Assembly: GCF_006345805.1 (NCBI RefSeq)
Contig: NW_021832083.1
Span: 1 to 33,067, forward strand
From: Octopus sinensis
Lineage: Eukaryota
Length of the DNA: 33,067 nucleotides
Reading direction: 5' to 3'
Translations under genes and position numbers: made by a program
Part shown: piece after piece, positions 10,786 through 21,907 of the stretch
How the letters are laid out: the number at the start of each line of letters is the position of its first letter
How positions within the stretch are numbered: the stretch's first letter is position 1
The notes under the pieces: generated by a model
Told to the model about the DNA's origin: nothing
The model's input: only the letters and a program-made list of their open reading frames with translations
The model's database searches: none

Positions 10786-10921
10786 ATTCAAAAATATCAC
10801 CAACTTTGACGAATTAAAATGCTTTGTTCCATATAAAGGCAGCTGCATCAAACTCTCGCATGCACCCAATGTTAATAGCTAAAAAGCATTTGTGAAGTAA
10901 AATTATGTAGCAACACCAAAT

Positions 10922-11220
10922 GGCGGTGCCCCAGCATGGCCACAGTTCGTTAGCTGAAACTTGATGAAATAAAATTAAACAAATAAATAAAATAAAATAA
11001 AATTTTATGCGTAGATTTAAAAAGCAATATATTAAAAAAATCGACATGGCCAGTAAGGGGTTCGAACCGGCGGTGCCCCAGCATGGCCACAACTCGTTAG
11101 CTGAAACTAGATGAAATAATATTAAATAAATAAATAAAATAAAATAAAATAAAATTCTATGCATAGATTTAAAAAGCAAAATAATAAAAAATTCGTCTTG
11201 GCCAGTATGGGGCTCGAACC
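10922..11220. repeat. Tandem duplication (~147 and ~152 bp units) of SINE tail + A-rich tract + tRNA 3' end
   Basis: Units start GGCGGTGCCCCAGCATGGCCACA at 10922 and 11069; each ends TGGCCAGTA(A/T)GGGG(T/C)TCGAACC. Confidence 0.85.
11186..11192 (-). terminator. Pol III oligo-T terminator of the tRNA-Ile gene
   Basis: A run of 6 or more T on the minus strand about 7 nt after the discriminator base. Confidence 0.7.
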
Positions 11221-11272
11221 CACGACATTCGCGTTATTAGCACGACGCTCTAACCAACTGAGCTAACCGGCC
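11199..11272 (-). tRNA. tRNA-Ile (anticodon AAT)
   Basis: GGCCGGTTAGCTCAGTTGGTTAGAGCGTCGTGCTAATAACGCGAATGTCGTGGGTTCGAGCCCCATACTGGCCA folds as a full cloverleaf (acceptor GGCCGGT/ACTGGCC, anticodon stem TCGTG/CGCGA, loop CT-AAT-AA, TTCGA T-loop). Confidence 0.95.
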
Positions 11273-11300
11273 GCCTGAGTGCAGGAGCTCTAATTTAACG

Positions 11301-11307
11301 TTATATA
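11301..11307 (-). promoter_or_regulatory. TATA-like element about 30 nt upstream of the tRNA
   Basis: TATATAA on the minus strand about 29-35 nt 5' of the mature tRNA start; the region is AT-rich, so chance is possible. Confidence 0.4.
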
Positions 11308-11796
11308 GTATATTAGTGTTTCTTAGTGTTAATTTATGTATGTCTGTGCGCGTGTGTCTATATCAGTGTGCGTGCGTGCGTGAGTGCATGCGTATGTGTT
11401 CATGTGTGTGTACCTACGAGCAAACGAACGTGTATGTGTATTTGTGTGCTGTAGTTTCATGAGGTTGTTTATGTGTGACGCCTACGCAATATCTTTTGTG
11501 TGATTGTTATGAAGGGAAAGACAAGGCGGTCTATCTGTATATGATGTGTGTACGTTTGATAATATATATTCGTACAGTATTATTCGTTTATAGGGGCGCT
11601 TTCTCGTGTGTGTTAATATTCCGTTATCTGTTTTTTTTTATTTTCTATTTGCTACGTGTCTGTATGTTTTGTATTTGTGTATATGCGAATGCGAGTATGT
11701 ATGTGTTTGCATGCGTGAGTGTGTGTGTATGTATGTACGTGTGTGTGTGTATGTGTGTGTTAGTTTACATGCACGTATGTATCTATGCGTGTATCT

Positions 11797-11905
11797 TTTA
11801 TCTTTTATTTGTTTCACTTTTGGACTGCGGCCATGTTGGAGCACCGTCTTAAAATGTTTTAGTCGAACGAATCGCCCTCAGCATTCATTTTAAAGCCTTG
11901 TACAT
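11797..11905 (-). mobile_element. SINE family A, 3' tail fragment
   Basis: TCTTTTATTTGTTTCACTTTTGGACTGCGGCCATGTTGGAGCACCGTC matches the family A tail in reverse. Confidence 0.65.
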
Positions 11906-11970
11906 ATTCAACACTAGTTGTCTCACACACACACACACACATACATAAGGGTGAGCGGACAAACGAAAAC

Positions 11971-12020
<50 letters not shown>

Positions 12021-12217
12021 AAGAGGTGAGAGAATTGTTAACTGGGGCAAAATGGGTAACTTCTGATTTCTTGTTATTTTCTCCCAACTTGTTTGAAATT
12101 ATTACACTCCAAGTGTTGCATCATCATTTTGTACTGTTACATCATTTTTAAGAGTAAAAATTGGTCAGTATAGTTGTTATTGATGTAGTTGAGAGGGTCC
12201 GAAACAGTAACAGGTAC

Positions 12218-12446
12218 GCTACGTTCTAAGTTCAAATTCCACCGAGGTCGATTTTGCCTTTCATCCTTACGGGGTCGATTAAATAAGTACCAGTTACGCA
12301 CTGGGGTCGATATAATCGGCTTAATCCGTTTGTCTGTCCTTGTTTGTCCCCTCTATGTGTAACCCCTTGTGGGTAATAAATAAAAAATTACGTTCAAACT
12401 TTTTTGTCCCCTCTACGTGTGGCCCCTTGTGGGCAGTTAAGAAATA
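12218..12446 (+). mobile_element. SINE family B, 5'-truncated, with partly duplicated tail
   Basis: Body match; second TTTGTCCCCTCTA.GTGT..CCCCTTGTGGG block at ~12402-12433; 12-bp TSD AGTAACAGGTAC at 12206-12217 and 12447-12458. Confidence 0.85.
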
Positions 12447-12744
12447 AGTAACAGGTACATTTTTTCCAAGAAATTTTCCTTCAATTTTGACCCGATTGTA
12501 ACTGAGGCTGCTAATAAAATATCTGAATAATTTTTGGTGTTTAACAATCAATATTCTTTTCACGGTAGGGTTTCAAGTCAAGTTTTTCTCACACTAATAT
12601 CTAATTCGATAATTTTCAATTTTCAAAGATGTCTAAAATGGGGTAAAATGAGTAATGACTGATTTCGGTAATTTTCTCTCTTTAAAATGGTACATTAAAG
12701 TAAAATGGTACAGATCATGAAGAAGCATTTTTATTTTTATTTTT

Positions 12745-13135
12745 TATATTTGTTTCAGTCATTTGACTGCGACCATGCTGGAACACCGCCTTCAAGTGTT
12801 TTAGTCGAACAAATCGATCCCAGGACTTATCCTATCAGTCTTTTTTGCCGAGCCGGTTGTCTAGCAGTGGTGAGCGACAAAAAACACAGACACAAGGACA
12901 ACACACACAGAGATATAAATACATGTATTGACGGGATTCTTTCAGTTTTCGTTTACCAAATCCACTCACAAAGCTTTGGTCGGCCCAAGGCTATGGTAGA
13001 TGACACACGTCCAAGGTGTCACTAGCATGGTTTTGATCGGCCCCGAGCTGTAGAAGAAAACACCTGCTAAAGGTGCCACGCAGTGATATTGAACTCGAAA
13101 CCATGTGATTGAGAAACAAACTTCTTACCGCAAAA
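12745..13135 (-). mobile_element. SINE family A, diverged
   Basis: Recognisable tail, CORE-like and head segments with indels. Confidence 0.7.
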
Positions 13136-13539
13136 CCCCGCCAGTTCCTATAAAAGTGCAAATGTTCCCATATCAGGAATCAGTCTCTGGTGGCACAAGA
13201 CAGAAAACTCTGCTGTTTGGCAATAAGGGTTACTTGAAGGTTTCTGCTATAAGGAGTTTTAAAAGCGAAGAAGGAAGGAAATTAATGAAGCTGGGAATAT
13301 TTTTATAGTTTATCTTCATCGACATATTTATCTGCAATTGTGTCTCTATATGTGAACATCAGAGTATGTGCATGTGAATGCTTTTGTGTTTGCATGTGTA
13401 TATCTATTTTCGCATATGTGTGTGTGTATATACTTGTAATTCATTGTGCTTTTATGTGTGTTTGTTTGTTCGTGCGTGTGTTAGTGCATGTGTTTGTGTT
13501 AGTGTATGTGAGTGCTGCGCGCCCGTGTGTGTGTCGAAG

Positions 13540-13577
13540 TTTTGACGTTTCGAATGTTTGCCCGTCATCAAAGAAAA
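13540..13577 (-). ncRNA. Degenerate type-I hammerhead motif H4
   Basis: Minus strand TTTTCT-TTGATGA-C-GGGCAAACATTC-GAAA-CG-TC-AAAAC: ACGT palindrome and GUC triplet; stems I and II imperfect. Confidence 0.45.
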
Positions 13578-13674
13578 TACAGAAGAAAAATGAAAGAGGA
13601 AAGTGAATAAGAAAACGTAGTTGAATGGGAAAAACGTGAGAAGAGGATTAAGGGCCAGATGGTAATGAAGTTCT

Positions 13675-13756
13675 GTGGAGAGGTTAAGAAGGGTGGAGAG
13701 GTTAAGAAGGGTGGAGAGGTTAAGAAGAGTGGAGAGGTTAAGAAGGGTGGAGAGGT
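13675..13756 (+). repeat. 18-bp minisatellite GTGGAGAGGTTAAGAAGG, about 4.5 copies
   Basis: Read directly from the sequence; explains the LSTLLN repeats in ORF 13452-13958. Confidence 0.9.
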
Positions 13757-14338
13757 GGTGGCTGTGCATGTATTGGAATGTAGCTATGTATTGTAATGGG
13801 TATAGGTGAAAATGTGGGTCTAATCGTATTGTATGCAACGAAAGCATGGAAATGAAGAGGGGAATTGGGGCGAATGCGAGGTGAAAGGGAAAGCGAGAAA
13901 AATATGAAGAGTGTAGTAGAGGGTATGCGTGTGCGAGAGTATAGGTGTGAAATGTCATTTGGTGTAGAAGCGAGAGACGAAAGGAGAAAAAATGCGGAAA
14001 GAAAAATTTACATCAGTAAAAAAAAGGAAATTATTTTTCTGCTTCGTTGAGAGATGGAAGGGATTTATACGATTTACTTTGAAATTTTTGCGTCTACCTT
14101 GTTTACTTTGGAATTCTTAAGTCCGCTCCATTTATTTTGGAATTCTTGTGCCCACACTGTTTTACTTTGGAATATTTGTATCCTTTCCGTTTACCTTGAG
14201 CTGGAAAAAAGAATAAGACTTGCTCTGGATATCTTGAGATTTTTTTTTTTTTCTGTATTTTTTACATTTTGTCAAGATGACTTCCATCTATCGAAGAGCA
14301 ATGAGAAGTGCTATCCACAGTGATGGTAGCACCGATCT

Positions 14339-14745
14339 TTTATCTTTTATTTGTTTCAGGCATTTGACTGTGGCCATGCTGGAGCACCGCCTTTAGTCGG
14401 GCAAATCGACCTCAGGACTTATTCTTTGTAAGCCTAGTACTTATTCTATCGGTCTCTTTTGCCGAACCGCTAAGTGACGGCGACGTAAACACAGCAGTAT
14501 CGGCTGTCAAGCGATTTGGGGGGGGGACAAACACAGACACACAGACACACAAACACACACATACATATATATACATATATACATATATACGACGGGCTTC
14601 TTTCAGTTTCCGTCTACCAAATCCACTCAAAGGCTTTGGTCGGCGGCCGAGGCTCTATAGTAGAAGACACATCTGCCCAAGGTGTCACGCAGTGGGACTG
14701 AACCCGGAACCATGTGGTTCGTAAGCAAGCTACTTACCACTCAGC
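14339..14745 (-). mobile_element. SINE family A
   Basis: Reverse-complement match to the family A consensus. Confidence 0.85.
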
Positions 14746-14899
14746 CGAACAGTGAGACACTTAGACCAGTTCCACAGAAAGTACACAGAAAGAACATTAA
14801 TAGCAATAAAGAACAATGATAGCAGCAGTTTATTGTCACTAACCTAAAACTGATGCTTGGTTCAGATTGACTCTGGATAAATTTTAAAAACCTCATACT

Positions 14900-15480
14900 A
14901 GAGCTATGTTGGAAGGTGTAAAGCCTCGTTGCTTTCAGAATACATTAAGGAAGTAGCAAAGAGAGGAGGAACATACTTCTGTCTTGCCAAAAGTAGAGTC
15001 AGCTTCCACATGACCGCGAAGAACAAGTGAAAGACCGGTGTTTGGAGTGATACCGTTTCCATTGATTGGGGATCGGGTAAATGGGAGTGTGTGACTTCGA
15101 GAGTTAGGGAGTAAGTGGCCGACTGAGTTGTCACTGAGATGTCCTCTGACATGAACTGCAATACAAGGAGTGACGGGTATTCAAAGGTCGCAGGCTGGGA
15201 CATTGGTTCAGACGTCGACATTTAGCAAATCGTCACCTTTGCGGAGCAGTACAAGAAGATTATTATCGCCGAGGTAACCAAAAATGACATATACGCGAGT
15301 GAAGTCTTGATGACCTTCTAAAACCACAGAGCCACCCCCATAGTGGGTGCAGAAAGAAAAGTGGTACATCTGGTAGCAAAAGACAGAAAACTCTGCTGTT
15401 TGGCAGTAAGGGTTACTTGAAGGTTTCTGCTATAAGGAGTTTTAAAAGCGAAGAAGGAAGGAAATTAATGAACATCAGCA
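14900..15480 (-). pseudogene. Decayed APE-type endonuclease of a CR1/L2/Jockey-like LINE
   Basis: Across frameshifts, in the expected order: LLIAET-QVT, YGGGSV/GVAL, IIIFLYCSAK, PATFEYPS, PFTRSP...PNTGLSL. Alignment is by eye against remembered LINE endonucleases. Confidence 0.45.
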
Positions 15481-16249
15481 GGAGCAGTACACGATACTGT
15501 TTCCAGAGAACCATAAATCGCAGCTCTAAGAATGGCGGGATTATTTGCCTTCTCCTCAGTACAAACAATCGATGAGCAGACATCGAGGGCCGAGGGCCTC
15601 CACCCTCTCTTCTAACGTCTTGTGACAAGGAGGAGCTTGTGGTAACTGGAAAGGAATGGAAAACAAACACCCCGAAAAATGGCACGGAACAATGAGCCCA
15701 AAATGTAGGCATTTGTGACGCAGGGAGAGGAGCCTACAACATCATAGAGTTGTTATTTCAGATCAACTCCAATTTAATTTACCTCTCGATGAAGTGAAAT
15801 TCTATTCACATTTCCGCTGTTGAAAGAGGATAAAATCTATTTCAAATGATCCCTAGGTGGTAACTGGAAAGTAATTTCATCTTACTCCACACAATTTCAA
15901 ATGACTCCCTTAAAATATGTATTTATTTAAGAACAAGCTTACTTAGAAATGGATGCGTGTGTTCCGTCATATAATAACAAATTAATAAATAAAACATATG
16001 CATATATACATACATATATGTACGTACCTATATCTACATGTATATATACATGCATATATGGGTACAGGACACACAAAAAAAACGTCGAACACAATGAGAA
16101 ACGAAAACATAAACACAAAACCAAGGAAATGGACATTTTTCTTAAACAACGAAAAAATAGAGTACAAGACATACAACACAAGGAACATTCCCCTTCTTCA
16201 GCCGCCTCTGTTTCATCTACTCCGCGTTTCGAAGGTCAATCCATGTCGT

Positions 16250-16276
16250 AGTGGCGGCAGCAGCAGTAGCAGTTGC

Positions 16277-16318
<42 letters not shown>

Positions 16319-16325
16319 GGTGGTT

Positions 16326-16372
<47 letters not shown>

Positions 16373-16702
16373 TGTGGTGGTTGTGGTGGTAGTAGTAGTA
16401 GTGGTGGTGGTGGTGGTGTTAGTAGTAGTAGTAGTATCAGCAGTGGTGGTGGTGGTGGTGGTAGTAGTAGTACTAGTAGTAGTAGTAGTAGTAGTATCAG
16501 CAGTGGTGGTGGTTGTAGTAGTAGTAGTAGTAGTGGTGGTGGTGGTTGTGGTGGTAGTAGTAGTAGTAGTAGTATCAGCAGTGGTGGTGGTTGTGGTAGT
16601 AGTAGTAGTAGTAGTAGTAGTGTAGTAGTAGTAGTAGTAGTAGTATCAGCAGTGGTGGTGGTGGTGTTAGTAGTAGTAGTAGTATCAGCAGTGGTGGTGG
16701 TG

Positions 16703-16773
<71 letters not shown>

Positions 16774-16774
16774 C

Positions 16775-16810
<36 letters not shown>
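16250..16810 (+). repeat. (GTA)n/(GGT)n compound trinucleotide array
   Basis: Read directly; internal higher-order blocks such as AGTATCAGCAGTGGTGGTGG recur about 5 times. Confidence 0.95.
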
Positions 16811-16811
<1 letters not shown>

Positions 16812-17899
16812 ATTTAATTCAAGATAAGGTGGTAAGATGATGATGTATCGAGAAACAGCTCCGCTTTCTCTATATATTCCCCCAAAGAATTAATATTTAC
16901 TGGTCATCCGTGGTTAAATGCTTTCTCGAGCTAACGAATCCTCAAGAATTGTACGACTCATTCACTCTCACTTTAGTTGTGGTTTGTATTATGCGGGGAA
17001 AACATCGAGATATAAAGTCAAGGGAGATAACTTATAAAAACAAGGGTAGTTAAAAAATTTACAAGTTATCTCCCTTACTCATTTTTTTAAAGAAGAAATT
17101 TGATTGATGGTATACCCATTAGTCAAATTAGTGAATCTCGGTTTAAATTCTACCGAGGTTGTCTGAATATTACATTTCTAAATATAATCATATCAGATGG
17201 CCTGTTACAATGTAAATATAATTTAAATCAATAACAGGTCGCGGATTTTAGCGACGAAAATATTTTGACAAATTAAACTTAAATGTTGAAGTGAATCCAA
17301 CGGCTTTTGTGTGTTTCTTAAATGGCTTATAAACACCTTCCACGTTGCAATTGTAATTTAATATTCGATTATCTGAATATGCAACGATGATTGATACGAA
17401 TTAACGAGAGGATTTTGATGTGGTCCGTCAGAAATGACGTTTGGGTAACCCGGAGCAAACCAACAACACCCACAACAATGTCAGATTATCTTTATAATTG
17501 TGTCTGTTTTCACTCAAATTCAACTTCGCAATATTTTACCCACCATCTTGAGAGACACTAAATGTTTAATGATAGCTTGTCAAATTCAGTTTTGTAAATA
17601 CTCAAACGTTAGTAACTACATGTATTTAAATTACCAGTCAAACTTAAGTGAATTTTACTGTCGCAGACATTTCGGTGCTTTATTTCAATTCTAGATGTTA
17701 ACTGAGATCGCTCTTGGTATACTACCAGATATTAAAAATCATTTTAATTGTATATATAATTTTTTAATCGCTTACATGAATTTTCATACATTTGTTATTC
17801 ATACGAAAATTTGTTTTCGATTAATTTGCACATGTCTCTATGACAGCAACTAATACACCATAAGTGGAAATTAGCCTTTGTTTAGTTACAATATGTAAC

Positions 17900-18600
17900 C
17901 AGCCAATTAGAGTTCCCCTTGACCATCAACAGAAATTTTCGACACACATGCGAAGCTCCGAGCAAAATACTTCTTGACAATCGATTCTATCGATCATTCG
18001 TTTGGTTGATCGATAGCTTCCAATCAATTCGCACCATCGTTACATTCTCTCCGACCCACTCAGTACGATGTGTCCCAAAATTCAGTTTTATCCCAACAAT
18101 CTTCCGCCTATAAATCAATGACTACACTTCATTCCTCCTTATTCTTCTATGTCCATATAACATCCAAAAGCAATCTCGATACCTAATACCAAATATGCAC
18201 CGACCTCATGAAGAGATTTCGAACATATCTTCCTATGAGATGTGGTCAAGATCTTGTTGCATTCAACATCACAAAAGTAGAATCATTATACAAATTAGGA
18301 AAAGATTATTATAATTCATACATACCTAAACATGAACAGCATAACAAGAATTCTCAAGGTCGCTAAGGATCGAACCTGACTTACGCAGATTCAAAGCATA
18401 GCAAACACAGCCTTCGTCTTCAAAGTCAGAAGAAACTTCAGAGCCACGCAACTAATAATCTTTTACAAAGCTCAGGTGAGACACACATTAGAGTGCTCCT
18501 ACGTCTGAATGCTGTTACGATATACACGAACATCCGACTGATTGGCACAAAGTCTCTCTCTGCTCAAAGCTCCAGTCTCTGGTTTCTAGTGCTGGATTAA
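17900..18600 (+). pseudogene. Decayed reverse-transcriptase C-terminal region of a CR1/L2/Jockey-like LINE
   Basis: WLIDSFQSIRTIV; VPQNSVLS.TIF.L.IND (GVPQGSVL-like, ~18069-18122); TQLIIFYKAQVRHTLECSYV (~18445-18505). Many indels. Confidence 0.65.
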
Positions 18601-19371
18601 CCTATAAGCAAAATAAGCACGTGCTTAGGGAAACATGGAAAGAGGGGTACCGTCTCTTCAACTTCTTATATGGATGAGGTGTTGTTGGCAGCCACACTGC
18701 CGCATAGCTGGATTTACAATTGAAATGAAAAACTGAATTAAATTTATAGCCATCTTCAAATTTTAATGCAAAAATGACTAATTTCTGCTTATAAATAAAT
18801 AAATAAAATATGCTATGGTCGCAGATTGGCAGTTTTACAAGTTTTGGACACGTATGGTACGCGTTTGTATCAGTGTAAGTGTCAGGTAGCTTGGAAGATC
18901 TCTGATTAGCTGAAAACTCTCGCTGGTTCAGAGTGGTCTTCATTTCATGACACGTCATGCCTGTCTATTTGTCTATTAAAATGCTCTGTTTGTCTATTAA
19001 AAATGATATGAATCGTTTGCTTCCAATTCATATAATTGCCACCAATTCATATAAGAATCATTATCATTCAATTTATCTCTGATTTGAGACATAAAGATAT
19101 AAAAATAATCATAAAACAACATGTGTTTAGAAAAACCTATAATAAATATAAATTATGGTTTTGGTAAAAGTATTAATCATATTTGCTATAAAAAGATTTT
19201 ATTTTTGTAAACGAAAAAAACTTTTTCTAGTAGAGATTTCCATTTTGCGAAATTTGTTGAATTTCCAAAACTATATCAAAATTTCTTGATACATATTGTA
19301 ATTTATGCTTTTGAACTTGTAATCTAATAAAATCATTTCACATGTGTATAAATATATAATTTTTGTCAATG

Positions 19372-19800
19372 TAGGCGCTGGAGTGGCTGTGTGGTAAGTA
19401 GCTTGTTTACCAACCACATGGTTCCGGGTTCAGTCCCATCGCGTGGCACCTTGGGCAAGTGTCTTCTACTATAGCTCGGGCCGACCAAAGCCTTGTCAGT
19501 GGATTTGGCAGACGGAAACTGAAAGAAGCCCGTCGTATATATGTATGTGTGTGTGTGTGTGTGTGGTGTGTGTGTGTGTGTGTGTGTGTTTGTGTGTCTG
19601 TGTTTTTCCCCACCAACATCACTTGACAACCGATGCTGGTGTGTTTACGTCCCCGTCACTTAGCGGTTCGGCAAAAGAGACCGATAGAATAAGTACTGGG
19701 CTTGCAAAGAATAAGTCCCGGGGTGGATTTGCTCGACTAAAGGCGGTGCTCCAGCATGGCCCCAGTCAAATGACTGAAACAAGTAAAAGAGTAAAAGAGT
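19372..19800 (+). mobile_element. SINE family A
   Basis: Full-length match with internal (TG)n. Confidence 0.9.
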
Positions 19801-20122
19801 TAAGAGTATCAAATATGATGTTTGATGCTGCACTGGTCATTAGCGAATACTAAACACAAATTCCTCCGTCACAAAATAATTTCATAATACTGTTTCTTTA
19901 CTTAGCCTTCTTCATTGGGTCTATAATTTATCTGCTTCACTTCGTTTTTTATCATTATATTTGAATTTTTTTACTATTTATAAAAATAGGGTAAGTTGTT
20001 TTTTTTCATTTAAAAAAAGTTTCATTTTGTATATCTAAATTTACCACTATACAAAATATAAAAAGATAACATGTTAACTTTTTAAAATTAATGTTTTTCA
20101 CACACACGCACACACAAACATA

Positions 20123-20328
20123 TACTCTTTTACTTGTTTCAGTCATTTGTATGCGGCCATGCTGGAGCACCGCCTTTAGTCGAACAAATCCACCCCGGGA
20201 CTTATTCTTTGTAAGCCCAGTACTTATTCTATCGGTCTCTTTTGCTAAACCGCTAACTTATGGGGACGTAAACACACCAGCATCATTGTCAAGCAATGCT
20301 AGGGGAACAAACACAGACACACGAACAT

Positions 20329-20363
<35 letters not shown>

Positions 20364-20534
20364 CATATATACGACAGGCTTCTTTCAGTTTCCGTCAACC
20401 AAATCCACTCACAAGACTTTGGTCGGCCCGAGGCTCTAGTAGAAGAGACTTGCCCAAGATGTCACGCATGGGACTGAGCCCGGAACCATGTGGTTGGTAA
20501 ACCACTACACTTACCACACAGCCACTCCTACGCC
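20123..20534 (-). mobile_element. SINE family A
   Basis: Reverse-complement full-length match. Confidence 0.9.
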
Positions 20535-20568
20535 AATATATATATCTATCTATCTATCTATATATATA

Positions 20569-20614
<46 letters not shown>

Positions 20615-20633
20615 TGTCTGGAGACTTTTATTT

Positions 20634-20684
20634 GCATTGAAGAAATAGCCAAATTTTGGCTGCTATTTCTGAAAAGTTCGGTGT
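20634..20684 (+). ncRNA. Degenerate hammerhead-like motif H5 between two (TA)n tracts
   Basis: TTGAAGA-AATAGC-CAAATTTTGGCT-GCTATT-TCT-GAAA-AGTTC-GGTG; stem II strong, stems I and III weak. Confidence 0.35.
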
Positions 20685-20838
20685 GTGGTAAAGTGAATTT
20701 TTTAACTTTACCATATTTTTATAATTAATATATATATATATATATATTATATATATAGATATATATATATATATATATATTATATTATATATATATATAT
20801 ATATACTTTATTTTAAGCAGCAGAAAATTCAACAAAAT

Positions 20839-20876
20839 CTGTTACTCTGAGTTTCTCGTTGCCGTTCATCAAACAG
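20839..20876 (-). ncRNA. Type-I hammerhead motif H6
   Basis: Minus strand CTGT-TTGATGA-ACGGCAACGA-GAAA-CTC-A-GAG-TA-ACAG: stem I CTGT/ACAG, near-palindromic ACTC/GAGT stem III, GUA triplet, minimal stem II, U3. Confidence 0.55.
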
Positions 20877-21907
20877 TTTTTGCTAGAATGGAACCGATAT
20901 AATCAATTCAATCTATACTCTTACAAACGCTACACCTTTAAAAAGAAATGGACTTGTTTGATTGGCCCTTTAGAAAAAACGGTCAATCTTCGAGCGATAA
21001 CAAAAAGGTCAAAAATATATTATATATATATAAAAAAACTTATAACAATTATAAAATCCGAGGAAAAAAACTTACATAATATATTATTATTATATATATA
21101 ATATATATATAATAATATTAGGGAATAAATCCAAACTTACAGGGAAAAATTAGATTTAGGATTAAATCCAATTTATAGTATGAATATATTATATTATATT
21201 ATATTATATTAATTAGAGATAAAACCACTATTAGGCAAATCAAACAGTGAAAAACATAAGCCAACATATATTAATTAAAAATATAAAGTTAAAAATAAAA
21301 TATTATTTAAATAATTTAACTATTGTATGGAAATCAATAAAACATTTAACATGGACATATATATATATAATATAATAGATATATATATATATTATTATAT
21401 AATCTATATATCTATATATATATATATTATATATATATATTATTATATAAGGAAACATAATTATTTATAATGATTTGCGATGAAAATTGTTGCATTCATA
21501 CGAGATGAAAAAAAGTACTGAATGTCACTACATGACTCCCACGAGTTGTACTAAATATAAAGTCGATGTCCATGTTAAATGTTTTATTGATTTCCATACA
21601 ATAGAAAACTAAACACACAAACACACACATAAAGAAAGATGTGTTATGTAATCTTAGTTTTACTGTTTTTATATTGTTTTTTTTCCTTTGATTAAAATTA
21701 TTTGGTTTTGTTCTACATTGTCAAATAAAATTTTACTATTTTGTGCTTATATATGACCAGCGTATTACATAGGTACATCAATTATTTTGTATGTAACAAA
21801 AGTAAACTTTGAAAAAAGCTTAACCACACGATTTTTCTGTATGAAGTTTAAGAAGAATATTTTTCAGTATTATGATAAGTATTATGATATGACACCCATG
21901 AACTAAG

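Noticed and set aside
13675-13756. CRISPR-like array
   Set aside because: Head-to-tail minisatellite without unique spacers, in eukaryotic context; no cas genes anywhere in the window.
13186-15472. LTR retrotransposon bounded by the 104-bp repeats
   Set aside because: No TG/CA termini, PBS, PPT or gag/pol between the repeats.
15998-16840. 280-aa Ser/Gly/Val-rich ORF and 124-aa poly-Val ORF
   Set aside because: Pure translation of the (GTA)n/(GGT)n array; no coding signal outside the repeat.
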